Origin: Paragordius varius
Lineage: Eukaryota; Animalia; Nematomorpha
NCBI GenBank assembly: GCA_964247055.1
Contig: OZ176050.1
Location: forward strand, 1,736,001 to 1,800,000
Direction: 5' to 3'
DNA: 64,000 nt
In this document: piece by piece, positions 12,149 to 26,800 of the stretch
Numbering within the stretch: position 1 is the first letter of the stretch
How the letters are laid out: the number at the start of each line of letters is the position of its first letter
The notes under the pieces: generated by a model
Seen by the model: the letters and a program-made list of their open reading frames with translations, nothing else
The model's database searches: none
Told to the model about the DNA's origin: nothing
Position numbers and translations under genes: made by a program

Positions 12149-15100
12149 GATTTTTACAACGATACTTTAAAAATTATGGTATTAAACCTGTCGCATCAAT
12201 ACTCAAGTTAAACTTTGTCCTTTGAAATCGGATATTGGTCACCGGTGAACAAAACTATTTTTTATACATTCTCTTAGTAAGACTACATCAAAATATAGAG
12301 ATAGTTTGACAAACTATTTCATATCCGATTTTTACAACGATATTTAAAAATTAATGTATAAAACTAGTCGTATCAATAAATCGCATCAATACTCAAGTTA
12401 AACTTTGTCCTTAAAAATCGGATATTGGTCACCGGTGAACAAAATTATTTTTTATACATTCTCTTAGTAGGACTACATCAAAATATAGAGATAGTTTGGC
12501 AAACTTTTTCATAATCGATTTTTACAACGATACTTTAAAAATTAATGTATAAAACTAGTCGCATCAAAACTCAAGTTAAACTTTGTCCTTAAAAATCGGA
12601 TATTGGTCACCGGTGAACAAAATTATTTTTTATACATTCTCTTAGCAAGACTACATCAAAATATAGAGATAGTTTGACAAACTATTTCATATCCGATTTT
12701 AACAACGATACTTTAAAAATTAATGTATAAAACTAGTCGCATCAAAACTCAAGTTAAACTTTGTCCTTAAAAATCGAATATTGGTCACCGGTGAACAAAA
12801 TTATTTTTTATACATTCTCTTAGTAAGACTACATCAAAATATAGAGATAGTTTGACAAACTCTTTCATATCCGATTTTTACAACGATACTTTAAAAATTA
12901 ATGTACTCAAGTTAAATTTTGTCCTTAAAAATGGGATATTGGTCACCGGTGAACAAAATTATTTTTTATACATTCTCTTAGTAAGACTACATCAAAATCT
13001 AGAGATGGTTTGACAAACTCTTTCATATCCGATTTTTACAACGATACTTTATAAATTAATGTATTAAACTAGTCGCATCAATACTCAAGTTAAACTTTGT
13101 CCTTAAAAATCGAATATTGGTCACCGGTGAACAAAATTCTTTTTTATACATTCTCTTAGTAAGACTACATCAAAATATAGAGATAGTTTGACAAACTCTT
13201 TCATATCCGATTTTTATAACGATACTTTAAAAATTAATGTGTTAAACTAGTCGCATCAATACTCAAGTTAAACTTTGTCCTTAAAAATCGGATATTGGTC
13301 ACCGGTGAACAAAATTATTTTTTATACATTGTCTTAGTAGGACTACATCAAAATATAGAGATAGTTTGGCAAACTCTTTCATATCCGATTTTTACAACGA
13401 TACTTTATAAATTAATGTATAAAACTAGTCGTATCAATAAGTCGCATCAATACTCAAGTTAAATTTTGTCCTTAAAAATCGGATATTGGTCACCGGTGAA
13501 CAAAATTATTTTTTATACATTCTCTTAGTAGGACTACATCAAAATATAGAGATAGTTTGGCAAAATCTTTCATATCCGATTTTTACAACGATACTTTAAA
13601 AATTATGGTATTAAACCTGTCGCATCAATACTCAAGTTAAACTTTGTCCTTAAAAATCGGATATTGGTCACCGGTGAACAAAATTATTTTTTATACATTC
13701 TCTTAGCAAGACTACATCAAAATATAGAGATAGTTTGACAAACTCTTTCATATTCGATTTTTACAACGAACTTTATAAATTAATGTATTAAACTAGTCGC
13801 ATCAATACTCAAATTAAACTTTGTCCTTAAAAATCGATATTGGTCACCGGTGAACAAAATTATTTTTTATATATTCTCTTTGTAGGACTACATCAAAATA
13901 TAGAGATAGTTTGGCAAACTCTTTCATATCCGATTTTTACAACGATACTTTAAAAATTAATGTATAAAACTAGTCGCATCAATACTCAAGTTAAACTTTG
14001 TCCTTAAAAATCGAATATTGGTCACCGGTGAACAAAATTATTTTTTATACATTCTCTTAGCAAGACTAGATCAAAATATAGAGATAGTTTGACAAACTCT
14101 TTCATATCTGATTTTTACAACGATACTTTAAAAATTAATGTGTTAAACTAGTTGCATCAATACTCAAGTTAAACTTTGTCCTTAAAAATCGGATATTGGT
14201 CACCGGTGAACAAAATTATTTTTTATACATTCTCTTAGCAAGACTACATCAAAATATAGAGATAGTTTGACAAACTCTTTCATATCCGATTTTTACAACG
14301 ATACTTTAAAAATTAATGTATAAAACTAGTCGTATCAATAAATCGCATCAATACTCAAGTTAAACTTTGTCCTTAAAAATCGGATATTGGTCACCGGTGA
14401 ACAAAATTATTTTTTATACATTCTCTTAGTAGGACTACATCAAAATATAGAGATAGTTTGGCAAACTCTTTCATATCCGATTTTTACAATGATACTTTAA
14501 AAATTAATGTATAAAACTAGTCGCATCAATACTCAAGTTAAACTTTGTCCTTAAAAATCGAATATTGGTCACCGGTGAACAAAATTATTTTTTATACATT
14601 CTCTTAGTAAGACTACATCAAAATATAGAGATAGTTTGACAAACTCTTTCATATCCGATTTTTACAACGATACTTTAAAAATTAATGTACTCAAGTTAAA
14701 TTTTGTCCTTAAAAATGGGATATTGGTCACCGGTGAACAAAATTATTTTTTATACATTCTCTTAGTAAGACTACATCAAAATATAGAGATAGTTTGACAA
14801 ACTCTTTCATATCCGATTTTTACAACGATACTTTAAAAATTAATGTATAAAAGTCGCATCAATACTCAAGTTAAACTTTGTCCTTAAAAATCGAATATTG
14901 TTCACCGGTGAACAAAATTATTTTTTATATATTCTCTTAGCAAGACTACATCAAAATATAGAGATAGTTTGACAAACTCTTTCATATCCGATTTTTACAA
15001 CGATACTTTAAAAATTAATGTATAAAACTAGTCGCATAAAACTCAAGTTAAACTTTGTCCTTAAAAATCGAATATTGGTCACCGGTGAACAAAATTATTT

Positions 15101-17847
15101 TTTATACATTCTCTTAGTAAGACTACATCAAAATATAGAGATAGTTTGACAAACTCTTTCATATCCGATTTTTACAACGATACTTTAAAAATTAATGTAC
15201 TCAAGTTAAATTTTGTCCTTAAAAATCGGATATTGGTCACCGGTGAACAAAATTATTTTTTATACATTCTCTTAGTAAGACTACATCAAAATATAAAGAT
15301 AGTTTGACAAACTCTTTCATATCCGATTTTTACAACGATACTTTAAAAATTAATGTATAAAACTAGTCGCATCAATACTCAAGTTAAACTTTGTCCTTAA
15401 AAATCGGATATTGGTCACCGGTGAACAAAATTATTTTTTATACATTCTCTTAGCAAGACTACATCAAAATATAGAGATAGTTTGACAAACTCTTTCATAT
15501 CCGATTTTTACAACGATACTTTAAAAATTAATGTATAAAACTAGTCGTATCAATAAATCGCATCAATACTCAAGTTAAACTTTGTCCTTAAAAATCGGAT
15601 ATTGGTCACCGGTGAACAAAATTATTTTTTATACATTCTCTTAGTAGGACTACATCAAAATATAGAGATAGTTTGGCAAACTCTTTCATATCCGATTTTT
15701 ACAATGATACTTTAAAAATTAATGTATAAAACTAGTCGCATCAATACTCAAGTTAAACTTTGTCCTTAAAAATCGAATATTGGTCACCGGTGAACAAAAT
15801 TATTTTTTATACATTCTCTTAGCAAGACTACATCAAAATATAGAGATAGTTTGACAAACTCTTTCATATCCGATTTTTACAACGATACTTTAAAAATTAA
15901 TGTATAAAACTAGTTGTATCAATAAATCGCATCAATACTCAAGTTAAACTTTGTCCTTAAAAATCGGATATTGGTCACCGGTGAACAAAACTATTTTTTA
16001 TACATTCTCTTAGTAGGACTACATCAAAATATAGAGATAGTTTGGCAAAATCTTTCATATCCGATTTTTACAACGATACTTTAAAAATTATGGTATTAAA
16101 CCTGTCGCATCAATACTCAAGTTAAACTTTGTCCTTTAAAATCGGATATTGGTCACCGGTGAACAAAACTATTTTTTATACATTCTCTTAGTAAGACTAC
16201 ATCAAAATATAGAGATAGTTTGACAAACTATTTCATATCCGATTTTTACAACGATATTTAAAAATTAATGTATAAAACTAGTCGTATCAATAAATCGCAT
16301 CAATACTCAAGTTAAACTTTGTCCTTAAAAATCGGATATTGGTCACCGGTGAACAAAATTATTTTTTATACATTCTCTTAGTAGGACTACATCAAAATAT
16401 AGAGATAGTTTGGCAAACTTTTTCATAATCGATTTTTACAACGATACTTTAAAAATTAATGTATAAAACTAGTCGCATCAATACTCAAGTTAAACTTTGT
16501 CCTTAAAAATTGGATATTGGTCACCGGTGAACAAAATTATTTTTTATATATTCTCTTAGCAAGACTACATCAAAATATAGAGATAGTTTGACAAACTCTT
16601 TCATATCCGATTTTTACAACGATACTTTAAAAATTAATGTATAAAACTAGTCGCATCAAAACTCAAGTTAAACTTTGTCCTTAAAAATCGGATATTGGTC
16701 ACCTGTGAACAAAATTATTTTTTATACATTCTCTTAGCAAGACTACATCAAAATATAGAGATAGTTTGACAAACTATTTCATATCCGATTTTAACAACGA
16801 TACTTTAAAAATTAATGTATAAAACTAGTCGCATCAAAACTCAAGTTAAACTTTGTCCTTAAAAATCGAATATTGGTCACCGGTGAACAAAATTATTTTT
16901 TATACATTCTCTTAGTAAGACTACATCAAAATATAGAGATAGTTTGACAAACTCTTTCATATCCGATTTTTACAACGATACTTCAAAAATTAATGTACTC
17001 AAGTTAAATTTTGTCCTTAAAAATGGGATATTGGTCACCGGTGAACAAAATTATTTTTTATACATTCTCTTAGTAAGACTACATCAAAATATAGAGATGG
17101 TTTGACAAACTCTTTCATATCCGATTTTTACAACGATACTTTATAAATTAATGTATTAAACTAGTCGCATCAATACTCAAGTTAAACTTTGTCCTTAAAA
17201 ATCGAATATTGGTCACCGGTGAACAAAATTCTTTTTTATATATTCTCTTAGTAAGACTACATCAAAATATAGAGATAGTTTGACAAACTCTTTCATATCC
17301 GATTTTTACAACGATACTTTAAAAATTAATGTGTTAAACTAGTCGCATCAATACTCAAGTTAAACTTTGTCCTTAAAAATCGGATATTGGTCACCGGTGA
17401 ACAAAATTATTTTTTATACATTGTCTTAGTAGGACTACATCAAAATATAGAGATAGTTTGGCAAACTCTTTCATATCCGATTTTTACAACGATAATTTAT
17501 AAATTAATGTATAAAACTAGTCGTATCAATAAGTCGCATCAATACTCAAGTTAAATTTTGTCCTTAAAAATCGGATATTGGTCACCGGTGAACAAAATTA
17601 TTTTTTATACATTCTCTTAGTAGGACTACATCAAAATAAAGAGATAGTTTGGCAAACTCTTTCATATCCGATTTTTACAACGATACTTTATAAATTAATG
17701 TATAAAACTAGTCGCATCAATACTCAAGTTAAACTTTGTCCTTAAAAATCGAATATTGGTCACCGGTGAACAAAATTATTTTTTATACATTCTCTTAGTA
17801 AGACTACATCAAAATATAGAGATAGTTTGACAAACTCTTTCATATCC

Positions 17848-20800
17848 GATTTTTACAACGATACTTTAAAAATTAATGTGTTAAACTAGTCGCATCAATA
17901 CTCAAGTTAAACTTTGTCCTTAAAAATCGGATATTGGTCACCGGTGAACAAAATTATTTTTTATACATTCTCTTAGTAGGACTACATCAAAATATAGAGA
18001 TAGTTTGGCAAACTTTTTCATAATCGATTTTTACAACGATACTTTAAAAATTAATGTATAAAACTAGTCGCATCAATACTCAAGTTAAACTTTGTCCTTA
18101 AAAATTGGATATTGGTCACCGGTAAACAAAATTATTTTTTATACATTCTTTTAGTAAGACTACATCAAAATATAGATATAGTTTGACAAATTCTTTCATA
18201 TCCGATTTTTACAACGATACTTTAAAAATTAATGTATTTAACTAGTCGCATCAATACTCAAGTTAAACTTTGTCCTTAAAAATCGGATATTGGTGACGGG
18301 TGAACAAAATTATTTTTTATACATTCTCTTAGCAAGACTACAAAATATAGAGATAGTTTGACAAACTCTTTCATATCCGATTTTTACGACGATACTTTAA
18401 AAATTAATGTATTAAACTAGTCGCATCAATACTCAAATTTAACTTTGTCCTTAAAAATCGGATATTGGTCACCGGTGAACAAAATTATTTTTTATATATT
18501 CTCTTAGCAAGACTACATCAAAATATAGAGATAGTTTGACAAACTCTTTCATATCCGATTTTTACAACGATACTTTAAAAATTAATGTATAAAACTAGTC
18601 GCATCAAAACTCAAGTTAAACTTTGTTCTTAAAAATCGAATATTGGTCACCGGTGAACAAAATTATTTTTTATACATTCTCTTAGTAAGACTACATCAAA
18701 ATATAGAGATAGTTTGACAAACTCTTTCATATCCGATTTTTACAACGATACTTTTAAAATTAATGTACTCAAGTTAAATTTTGTCCTTAAAAATGGGATA
18801 TTGGTCACCGGTGAACAAAATTATTTTTTATACATTCTCTTAGTAAGACTACATCAAAATATAGAGATGGTTTGACAAACTCTTTCATATCCGATTTTTA
18901 CAACGATACTTTATAATGTATTAAACTAGTCGCATCAATACTCAAGTTAAACTTTGTCCTTAAAAATCGAATATTGGTCACCGGTGAACAAAATTATTTT
19001 TTATACATTCTCCTAGTAAGACTACATCAAAATATAGAGATAGTTTGACAAACTCTTTCATATCCGATTTTTACAACGATACTTTAAAAATTAATGTGTT
19101 AAACTAGTCGCATCAATACTCAAGTTAAACTTTGTCCTTAAAAATCGGATATTGGTCACCGGTGAACAAAATTATTTTTTATACATTCTCTTAGTAGGAC
19201 TACATCAAAATATAGAGATAGTTTGGCAAACTCTTTCATATCCGATTTTTACAACGATACTTTATAAATTAATGTATAAAACTAGTCGTATCAATAAGTC
19301 GCATCAATACTCAAGTTAAATTTTGTCCTTAAAAATCGGATATTGGTCACCGGTGAACAAAATTATTTTTTATACATTCTCTTAGTAAGACTACATCAAA
19401 ATATAGAAATAGTTTGACAAATTCTTTCATATCCGATTTTTACAACGATACTTTAAAAATTAATGTATTAAACTAGTCGCATCAATACTCAAGCTAAACA
19501 TTGTCCTTAAAAATCGGATATTGGTCACCGGTGAACAAAACTATTTTTTATACATTCTCTTAGTAAGACTACATCAAAATATAGAAATAGTTTGACAAAC
19601 TCTTTCACATCCGATTTTTACAACGATACTTTAAAAATTAATGTATAAAACTAGTCGTATCAATAAATCGCATCAATACTCAAGTTAAACTTTGTCCTTA
19701 AAAATCGGATATTGGTCACCGGTGAACAAAATTATTTTTTATACATTCTCTTAGTAGGACTACATCAAAATATAGAGATAGTTTGACAAACTCTCTCATA
19801 TCCGATTTTTACAACGATACTTTAAAAATTAATGTATAAAACTAGAGGCATCAATACTCAAGTTAAACTTTGTCCTTAAAAATCAAATATTGCTCACCGG
19901 TGAACAAAATTATTTTTTATACATTCTCTTAGTAAGACTACATCAAAATATAGAGATAGTTTGACATATTCATTCATATCCGATTTTTACAACGATATTA
20001 TAAATATTATTAAAACTAGTCCCATCAATACTCAAGTTAAACTTTGTCCTTAAAAATCGAATATACCCGTGAACAAAATTATTTTTTATACATTCTCTTA
20101 GTAGGACTACATCAAAATATAGAGATAGTTTGACAAACTCTTTCATATCCGATTTTTACAACGATACTTTAAAAATTATGGTATTAAACCAGTCGCATCA
20201 ATACTCAAGTTAAACTTTGTCCATAAAAATTGGATATTGGTCACCGGTGAACAAAATTATTTTTTATATATTCTCTTAGCAAGACTACATCAAAATATAG
20301 AGATAGTTTGACAAACTCTTTCATATCCGATTTTTACAACGATACTTTAAAAATTAATGTGTTAAACTAGTCGCATCAATACTCAAGTTAAACTTTGTCC
20401 TTAAAAATCGAATATTGGTCACCGGTGAACAAAATTATTTTTTATACATTCTCTTAGTAAGACTACATCAAAATATAGAGATAGTTTGACAAACTCTTTC
20501 ATATCCGATTTTTACAACGATACTTTAAAAATTAATGTGTTAAACTAGTCGCATCAAAACTCAAGTTAAACTTTGTCCTTAAAAATCGAATATTGGTCAC
20601 CGGGGAACAAAATTATTTTTTATACATTCTCTTAGTAAGACTACATCAAAATATAGAGATAGTTTGACAAACTCTTTCATATCCGATTTTTACAACGATA
20701 CTTTAAAAATTATGGTATTAAACCAGTCGTATCAATACTCAAGTTAAACATTGTCCTTAAAAATCGGATATTGGTCACCGGTCAACAAAATTATTTTTTA

Positions 20801-23800
20801 TACATTCTCTTAGTAAGACTACATCAAAATATAGAGATAGTTTGACAAACTCTTTCATATCCGATTTTTACAACGATACTTTAAAAATTAATGTATTAAA
20901 CTAGTCGCATCAATACTCAAGCTAAACATTGTCCTTAAAAATCGGATATTGGTCACCGGTGAACAAAACTATTTTTTATACATTCTCTTAGTAAGACTAC
21001 ATCAAAATATAGAGATAGTTTGACAAACTCTTTCACATCCGATTTTTACAACGATACTTTAAAAATTAATGTATAAAACTAGTCGTATCAATAAATCGCA
21101 TCAATACTCAAGTTAAACTTTGTCCTTAAAAATCGGATATTGGTCACCGGTGAACAAAATTATTTTTTATACATTCTCTTAGTATGACTACATCAAAATA
21201 TAGAGATAGTTTGGCAAACTCTTTCATATCCGATTTTTACAACGATACTTTAAAAATTAATGTATAAAACTAGTCGCATCAATACTCAAGTTAAACTTTG
21301 TCCTTAAAAATCGGATATTGGTCACCGGTGAACAAAATTATTTTTTATACATTCTCTTAGTAAGACTACATCAAAATATAGAAATAGTTTGACAAACTCT
21401 TTCATATCCGATTTTTACAACGATATTTAAAAATTAATGTATTAAACTAGTCGCATCAATACTCAAGTTAAACTTTGTCCTTAAAAATCGGATATTGGTC
21501 ACCGGTGAACAAAATTATTTTTTATATATTCTCTTAGCAAGACTACATCAAAATATAGAGATAGTTTGGCAAACTCTTTCATATCCGATTTTTACAACGA
21601 TACTTTAAAAATTATGGTATTAAACCAGGCGCATCAATACTCAAGTTAAACTTTGTCCTTAAAAATCGGATATTGGTCACCGGTGAACAAAATTATTTTT
21701 TATACATTCTCTTAGTATGACTACATCAAAATATAGAGATAGTTTGACAAACTCTTTCATATCCGATTTTTACAACGATACTTTAAAAATTAATGTACTC
21801 AAGTTAAATTTTGTCCTTAAAAATGGGATATTGGTCACCGGTGAACAAAATTATTTTTTATACATTCTCTTAGTACTACATCAAAATATAGAGATGGTTT
21901 GACAAACTCTTTCATATCCGATTTTTACAACGATACTTTATAAATTAATGTATTAAACTAGTCGCATCAATACTCAAGTTAAACTTTGTCCTTAAAAATC
22001 GAATATTGGTCACCGGTGAACAAAATTCTTTTTTATACATTCTCTTTACATCAAAATATAGAGATAGTTTGACAAACTCTTTCATATCCGATTTTTACAA
22101 CGATACTTTAAAAATTAATGTACTCAAGTTAAATTTTGTCCTTAAAAATGGGATATTGGTCACCGGTGAACAAAATTATTTTTTATACATTCTCTTAGTA
22201 AGACTACATCAAAATATAGAGATGGTTTGACAAACTCTTTCATATCCGATTTTTACAACGATACTTTATAATGTATTAAACTAGTCGCATCAATACTCAA
22301 GTTAAACTTTGTCCTTAAAAATCGAATATTGGTCACCGGTGAACAAAATTATTTTTTATACATTCTCCTAGTAAGACTACATCAAAATATAGAGATAGTT
22401 TGACAAACTCTTTCATATCCGATTTTTACAACGATACTTTAAAAATTAATGTGTTAAACTAGTCGCATCAATACTCAAGTTAAACTTTGTCCTTAAAAAT
22501 CGGATATTGGTCACCGGTGAACAAAATTATTTTTTATACATTCTCTTAGTAGGACTACATCAAAATATAGAGATAGTTTGGCAAACTCTTTCATATCCGA
22601 TTTTTACAACGATACTTTATAAATTAATGTATAAAACTAGTCGTATCAATAAGTCGCATCAATACTCAAGTTAAATTTTGTCCTTAAAAATCGGATATTG
22701 GTCACCGGTGAACAAAATTATTTTTTATACATTCTCTTAGTAAGACTACATCAAAATATAGAAATAGTTTGACAAATTCTTTCATATCCGATTTTTACAA
22801 CGATACTTTAAAAATTAATGTATTAAACTAGTCGCATCAATACTCAAGCTAAACATTGTCCTTAAAAATCGGATATTGGTCACCGGTGAACAAAACTATT
22901 TTTTATACATTCTCTTAGTAAGACTACATCAAAATATAGAAATAGTTTGACAAACTCTTTCACATCCGATTTTTACAACGATACTTTAAAAATTAATGTA
23001 TAAAACTAGTCGTATCAATAAGTCGCATCAATACTCAAGTTAAATTTTGTCCTTAAAAATCGGATATTGGTCACCGGTGAACAAAATTATTTTTTATACA
23101 TTCTCTTAGTAAGACTACATCAAAATATAGAAATAGTTTGACAAATTCTTTCATATCCGATTTTTACAACGATACTTTAAAAATTAATGTATTAAACTAG
23201 TCGCATCAATACTCAAGCTAAACATTGTCCTTAAAAATCGGATATTGGTCACCGGTGAACAAAACTATTTTTTATACATTCTCTTAGTAGGACTACATCA
23301 AAATAAAGAGATAGTTTGGCAAACTCTTTCATATCCGATTTTTACAACGATACTTTATGAATTAATGTATAAAACTAGTCGCATCAATACTCAAGTTAAA
23401 CTTTGTCCTTAAAAATCGAATATTGGTCACCGGTGAACAAAATTATTTTTTATACATTCTCTTAGTAAGACTACATCAAAATATAGAGATAGTTTGACAA
23501 ACTCTTTCATATCCGATTTTTACAACGATACTTTAAAAATTAATGTGTTAAACTAGTCGCATCAATACTCAAGTTAAACTTTGTCCTTAAAAATCGGATA
23601 TTGGTCACCGGTGAACAAAATTATTTTTTATATATTCTCTTAGTAGGACTACATCAAAATATAGAGATAGTTTGGCAAACTTTTTCATAATCGATTTTTA
23701 CAACGATACTTTAAAAATTAATGTATAAAACTAGTCGCATCAATACTCAAGTTAAACTTTGTCCTTAAAAATTGGATATTGGTCACCGGTAAACAAAATT

Positions 23801-26800
23801 ATTTTTTATACATTCTTTTAGGAAGACTACATCAAAATATAGATATAGTTTGACAAATTCTTTCATATCCGATTTTTACAACGATACTTTAAAAATTAAT
23901 GTATTTAACTAGTCGCATCAATACTCAAGTTAAACTTTGTCCTTAAAAATCGGATATTGGTCACCGGTGAACAAAATTATTTTTTATACATTCTCTTAGC
24001 AAGACTACAAAATATAGAGATAGTTTGACAAACTCTTTCATATCCGATTTTTACGACGATACTTTAAAAATTAATGTATTAAACTAGTCGCATCAATACT
24101 CAAATTTAACTTTGTCCTTAAAAATCGGATATTGGTCACCGGTGAACAAAATTATTTTTTATATATTCTCTTAGCAAGACTACATCAAATAGAGATAGTT
24201 TGACAAACTCTTTCATATCCGATTTTTACAACGATACTTTAAAAATTAATGTATAAAACTAGTCGCATCAAAACTCAAGTTAAACTTTGTTCTTAAAAAT
24301 CGAATATTGGTCACCGGTGAACAAAATTATTTTTTATACATTCTCTTAGTAAGACTACATCAAAATATAGAGATAGTTTGACAAACTCTTTCATATCCGA
24401 TTTTTACAACGATACTTTAAAAATTAATGTGTTAAACTAGTCGCATCAATACTCAAGTTAAACTTTGTCCTTAAAAATCGAATATTTGTCACCGGTGAAC
24501 AAAATTATTTTTTATACATTCTCCTAGTAAGACTACATCAAAATATAGAGATAGTTTGACAAACTCTTTCATATCCGATTTTTACAACGATACTTTAAAA
24601 ATTAATGTGTTAAACTAGTCGCATCAATACTCAAGTTAAACTTTGTGCTTAAAAATCGGATATTGGTCACCGGTGAACAAAATTATTTTTTATACATTCT
24701 CTTAGTAGGACTACATCAAAATATAGAGATAGTTTGGCAAACTTTTTCATAATCGATTTTTACAACGATACTTTAAAAATTAATGTATAAAACTAGTCGC
24801 ATCAATACTCAAGTTAAACTTTGTCCTTAAAAATTGGATATTGGTCACCGGTAAACAAAATTATTGTTTATACATTCTTTTAGTAAGACTACATCAAAAT
24901 ATAGATATAGTTTGACAAATTCTTTCATATCCGATTTTTACAACGATACTTTAAAAATTAATGTATTTAACTAGTCGCATCAATACTCAAGTTAAACTTT
25001 GTCCTTAAAAATCGGATATTGGTCACCGGTGAACAAAATTATTTTTTATACATTCTCTTAGCAAGACTACAAAATATAGAGATAGTTTGACAAACTCTTT
25101 CATATCCGATTATTACGACGATACTTTAAAAATTAATGTATTAAACTAGTCGCATCAATACTCAAATTTAACTTTGTCCTTAAAAATCGGATATTGGTCA
25201 CCGGTGAACAAAATTATTTTTTATATATTCTCTTAGCAAGACTACATCAAAATATAGAGATAGTTTGACAAACTCTTTCATATCCGATTTTTACAACGAT
25301 ACTTTAAAAATTAATGTATAAAACTAGTCGCATCAAAACTCAAGTTAAACTTTGTTCTTAAAAATCGAATATTGGTCACCGGTGAACAAAATTATTTTTT
25401 ATACATTCTCTTAGTAAGACTACATCAAAATATAGAGATAGTTTGACAAACTCTTTCATATCCGATTTTTACAACGATACTTTAAAAATTAATGTACTCA
25501 AGTTAAATTTTGTCCTTAAAAATGGGATATTGGTCACCGGTGAACAAAATTATTTTTTATACATTCTCTTAGTAAGACTACATCAAAATATAGAGATGGT
25601 TTGACAAACTATTTCATATCCGATTTTTACAACGATACTTTATAAATTAATGTATTAAACTAGTCGCATCAATACTCAAGTTAAACTTTGTCCTTAAAAA
25701 TCGAATATTGGTCACCGGTGAACAAAATTATTTTTTATACATTCTCCTAGTAAGACTACATCAAAATATAGAGATAGTTTGACAAACTCTTTCATATCCG
25801 ATTTTTACGACGATACTTTAAAAATTAATGTATTAAACTAGTCGCATCAATACTCAAATTTAACTTTGTCCTTAAAAATCGGATATTGGTCACCAGTGAA
25901 CAAAATTATTTTTTATATATTCTCTTAGCAAGACTACATCAAAATATAGAGATAGTTTGACAAACTCTTTCATATCCGATTTTTACAACGATACTTTAAA
26001 AATTAATGTATAAAACTAGTCGCATCAAAACTCAAGTTAAACTTTGTTCTTAAAAATCGAATATTGGTCACCGGTGAACAAAATTATTTTTTATACATTC
26101 TCTTAGTAAGACTACATCAAAATATAGAGATAGTTTGACAAACTCTTTCATATCCGATTTTTACAACGATACTTTAAAAATTAATGTGTTAAACTAGTCG
26201 CATCAATACTCAAGTTAAACTTTGTCCTTAAAAATCGAATATTGGTCACCGGTGAACAAAATTATTTTTTATACATTCTCTTAGTAAGACTACATCAAAA
26301 TATAGAGATAGTTTGACAAACTCTTTCATATCCGATTTTTACAACGATACTTTAAAAATTAATGTGTTAAACTAGTCGCATCAATACTCAAGTTAAACTT
26401 TGTGCTTAAAAATCGGATATTGGTCACCGGTGAACAAAATTATTTTTTATACATTCTCTTAGTAGGACTACATCAAAATATAGAGATAGTTTGGCAAACT
26501 TTTTCATAATCGATTTTTACAACGATACTTTAGAAATTAATTGTATAAAACTAGTCGCATCAATACTCAAGTTAAACTTTGTCCTTAAAAATTGGATATT
26601 GGTCACCGGTAAACAAAATTATTTTTTATACATTCTTTTAGTAAGACTACATCAAAATATAGATATAGTTTGACAAATTCTTTCATATCCGATTTTTACA
26701 ACGATACTTTAAAAATTAATGTATTTAACTAGTCGCATCAATACTCAAGTTAAACTTGGTCCTTAAAATCGGATATTGGTCACCGGTGAACCAAAATTAT

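Noticed and set aside
21717-22230. 61-aa and 74-aa ORFs (21717-21902, 22006-22230)
   Set aside because: These are the same frame through short monomers, extended by local 3-bp and 8-bp deletions or substitutions. They are chance ORFs in low-complexity AT-rich repeat.
26491-26673. 60-aa ORF
   Set aside because: It is created by a local frameshift and substitutions (TAGAAATTAATTG) in a single monomer, with no coding evidence.
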